DNA of 57,061 bases, from assembly GCA_017996625.1 (NCBI GenBank), contig JAGOGO010000003.1, positions 1 through 57,061 of the forward strand. Direction: 5' to 3'. The stretch is from Deltaproteobacteria bacterium (lineage in GTDB: Bacteria > Desulfobacterota > WTBG01 > JAGOGO01). The notes beneath the pieces are model-generated. The model saw nothing but the letters and a program-made list of their open reading frames with translations. It had not been told where the DNA came from and made no database searches. Both the position numbers and the translations under genes were made by a program. Each line of letters begins with the position of its first letter. Positions within the stretch are counted from its first letter, which is position 1. Shown here in pieces: positions 56,634 to 57,061 of this stretch.

Positions 56634-57061
56634 ATGCCTATCAGGAATAGCAGGCCGGCTTTTCTGCTCATAGTGATCCTTGCAGTTGTGCTGACGGGAT
56701 GCAAGGGAGAGGAACGCACCGCCGCTCCGTTGGTCGAAGGTCAGCCGGCGCCACTATTTTCATTGACTGATCAACAGGGGAAGACCTGGAGCTTGGAAGA
56801 CCTGAAAGGGAAGGTGGTGGTGGTGAATTTCTGGGCGTCGTGGTGTCCTCCGTGCCGTCTGGAGATGCCTTCTCTTTACGGGCTTGCTGCTCAGATGCAT
56901 GATGTTCAGGATTTTGTCATCCTCACGATTCTCTTCCGGGACAATCCTGAGCGAGCGTTACGCTATCTTGAGGAAAACGGCATGTCTCTGACGGTACTTG
57001 AGGATAAAGACCTGACGGTTTCACGCACCTACCGGGTTACGGGTGTTCCCGAAACCATCAT
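56634..57061 (+). CDS. TlpA/ResA-like thiol-disulfide oxidoreductase lipoprotein (3' end beyond window)
   Basis: Own translation from ATG 56634: MPIRNSRPAFLLIVILAVVLTGCKGEE... (lipobox LTGC), and thioredoxin motif FWASWCPPCRLEMP. RBS GAGGAGGA. Confidence 0.85.
   Translation, partial: MPIRNSRPAFLLIVILAVVLTGCKGEERTAAPLVEGQPAPLFSLTDQQGKTWSLEDLKGKVVVVNFWASWCPPCRLEMPSLYGLAAQMHDVQDFVILTILFRDNPERALRYLEENGMSLTVLEDKDLTVSRTYRVTGVPETI

Noticed and set aside
1-57061. Search for CRISPR arrays, rRNA, tmRNA, RNase P RNA, transposases, integrases, toxin-antitoxin type II pairs and known defence genes
   Set aside because: I saw none by eye. The repeats present are hairpins or word tracts without regularly spaced unique spacers. 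No DDE/HUH/tyrosine-recombinase motifs were recognised in any ORF. RNA-family absence should be confirmed with Infernal.

Overview
This 57 kb window is mostly core housekeeping DNA. By gene content and order it probably comes from an anaerobic Deltaproteobacteria/Desulfobacterota-like genome; that assignment is inference only.

**Gene content, left to right:**
- The 5' end of a receiver-domain response regulator (minus strand).
- A complete minus-strand pyrimidine operon, pyrR-pyrB-pyrC-carA-carB, with a PyrR-type attenuator in its leader.
- lepB, then tRNA-Gly(CCC).
- The rimP-nusA-infB-DUF503-rbfA cluster, followed by a MazG-like gene.
- holB-PSP1(yaaT)-metG.
- A ybhGFSR-like ABC-2 exporter operon: membrane fusion protein (MFP), two ATPases, two permeases.
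- A decayed flavoredoxin gene, a LOG-family gene and a beta-CASP metallo-beta-lactamase (MBL) nuclease.
- A cold-shock protein, a SlyD-type PPIase, an MscS channel, PolX and an orphan PilT.
- A coiled-coil protein, a radical SAM protein and pepA.
- A class II aldolase-SCP2 fusion, an orphan fdhE, RNase Z and a PilZ protein.
- A manC-manB-UPF0173 operon.
- A small-gene island at about 47.2-48.6 kb.
- A 1212-aa AsmA/YhdP-like protein and a signal-peptide nitroreductase.
- A two-gene SufC/SufB unit translationally coupled to thyX, then the start of a TlpA-like lipoprotein.

**Not found:** I saw no rRNA, CRISPR array, transposase, integrase or recognisable defence island.

**Structure the genes do not explain:**
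1. A dispersed intergenic repeat system. It is made of short 'word' repeats, an AGTCCCGC-loop-GCGGGATT hairpin family, and a roughly 120-130 nt MITE-like element. That element is present twice in opposite orientation, and its architecture amounts to a bidirectional terminator cassette.
2. The small-gene island. It holds an unannotated 48-aa membrane-peptide ORF whose stop codon lies inside the terminator hairpin of a convergent transcript that is about 400 nt long and apparently non-coding.
3. Several unusual domain architectures: CarB with a second MGS-like domain, the aldolase-SCP2 fusion, a Sec-signal nitroreductase with a dockerin-like loop, and PilT with an acidic tail.

I could not identify a clear novel multi-gene system. 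All family assignments come from reading motifs in the supplied translations, not from database searches.
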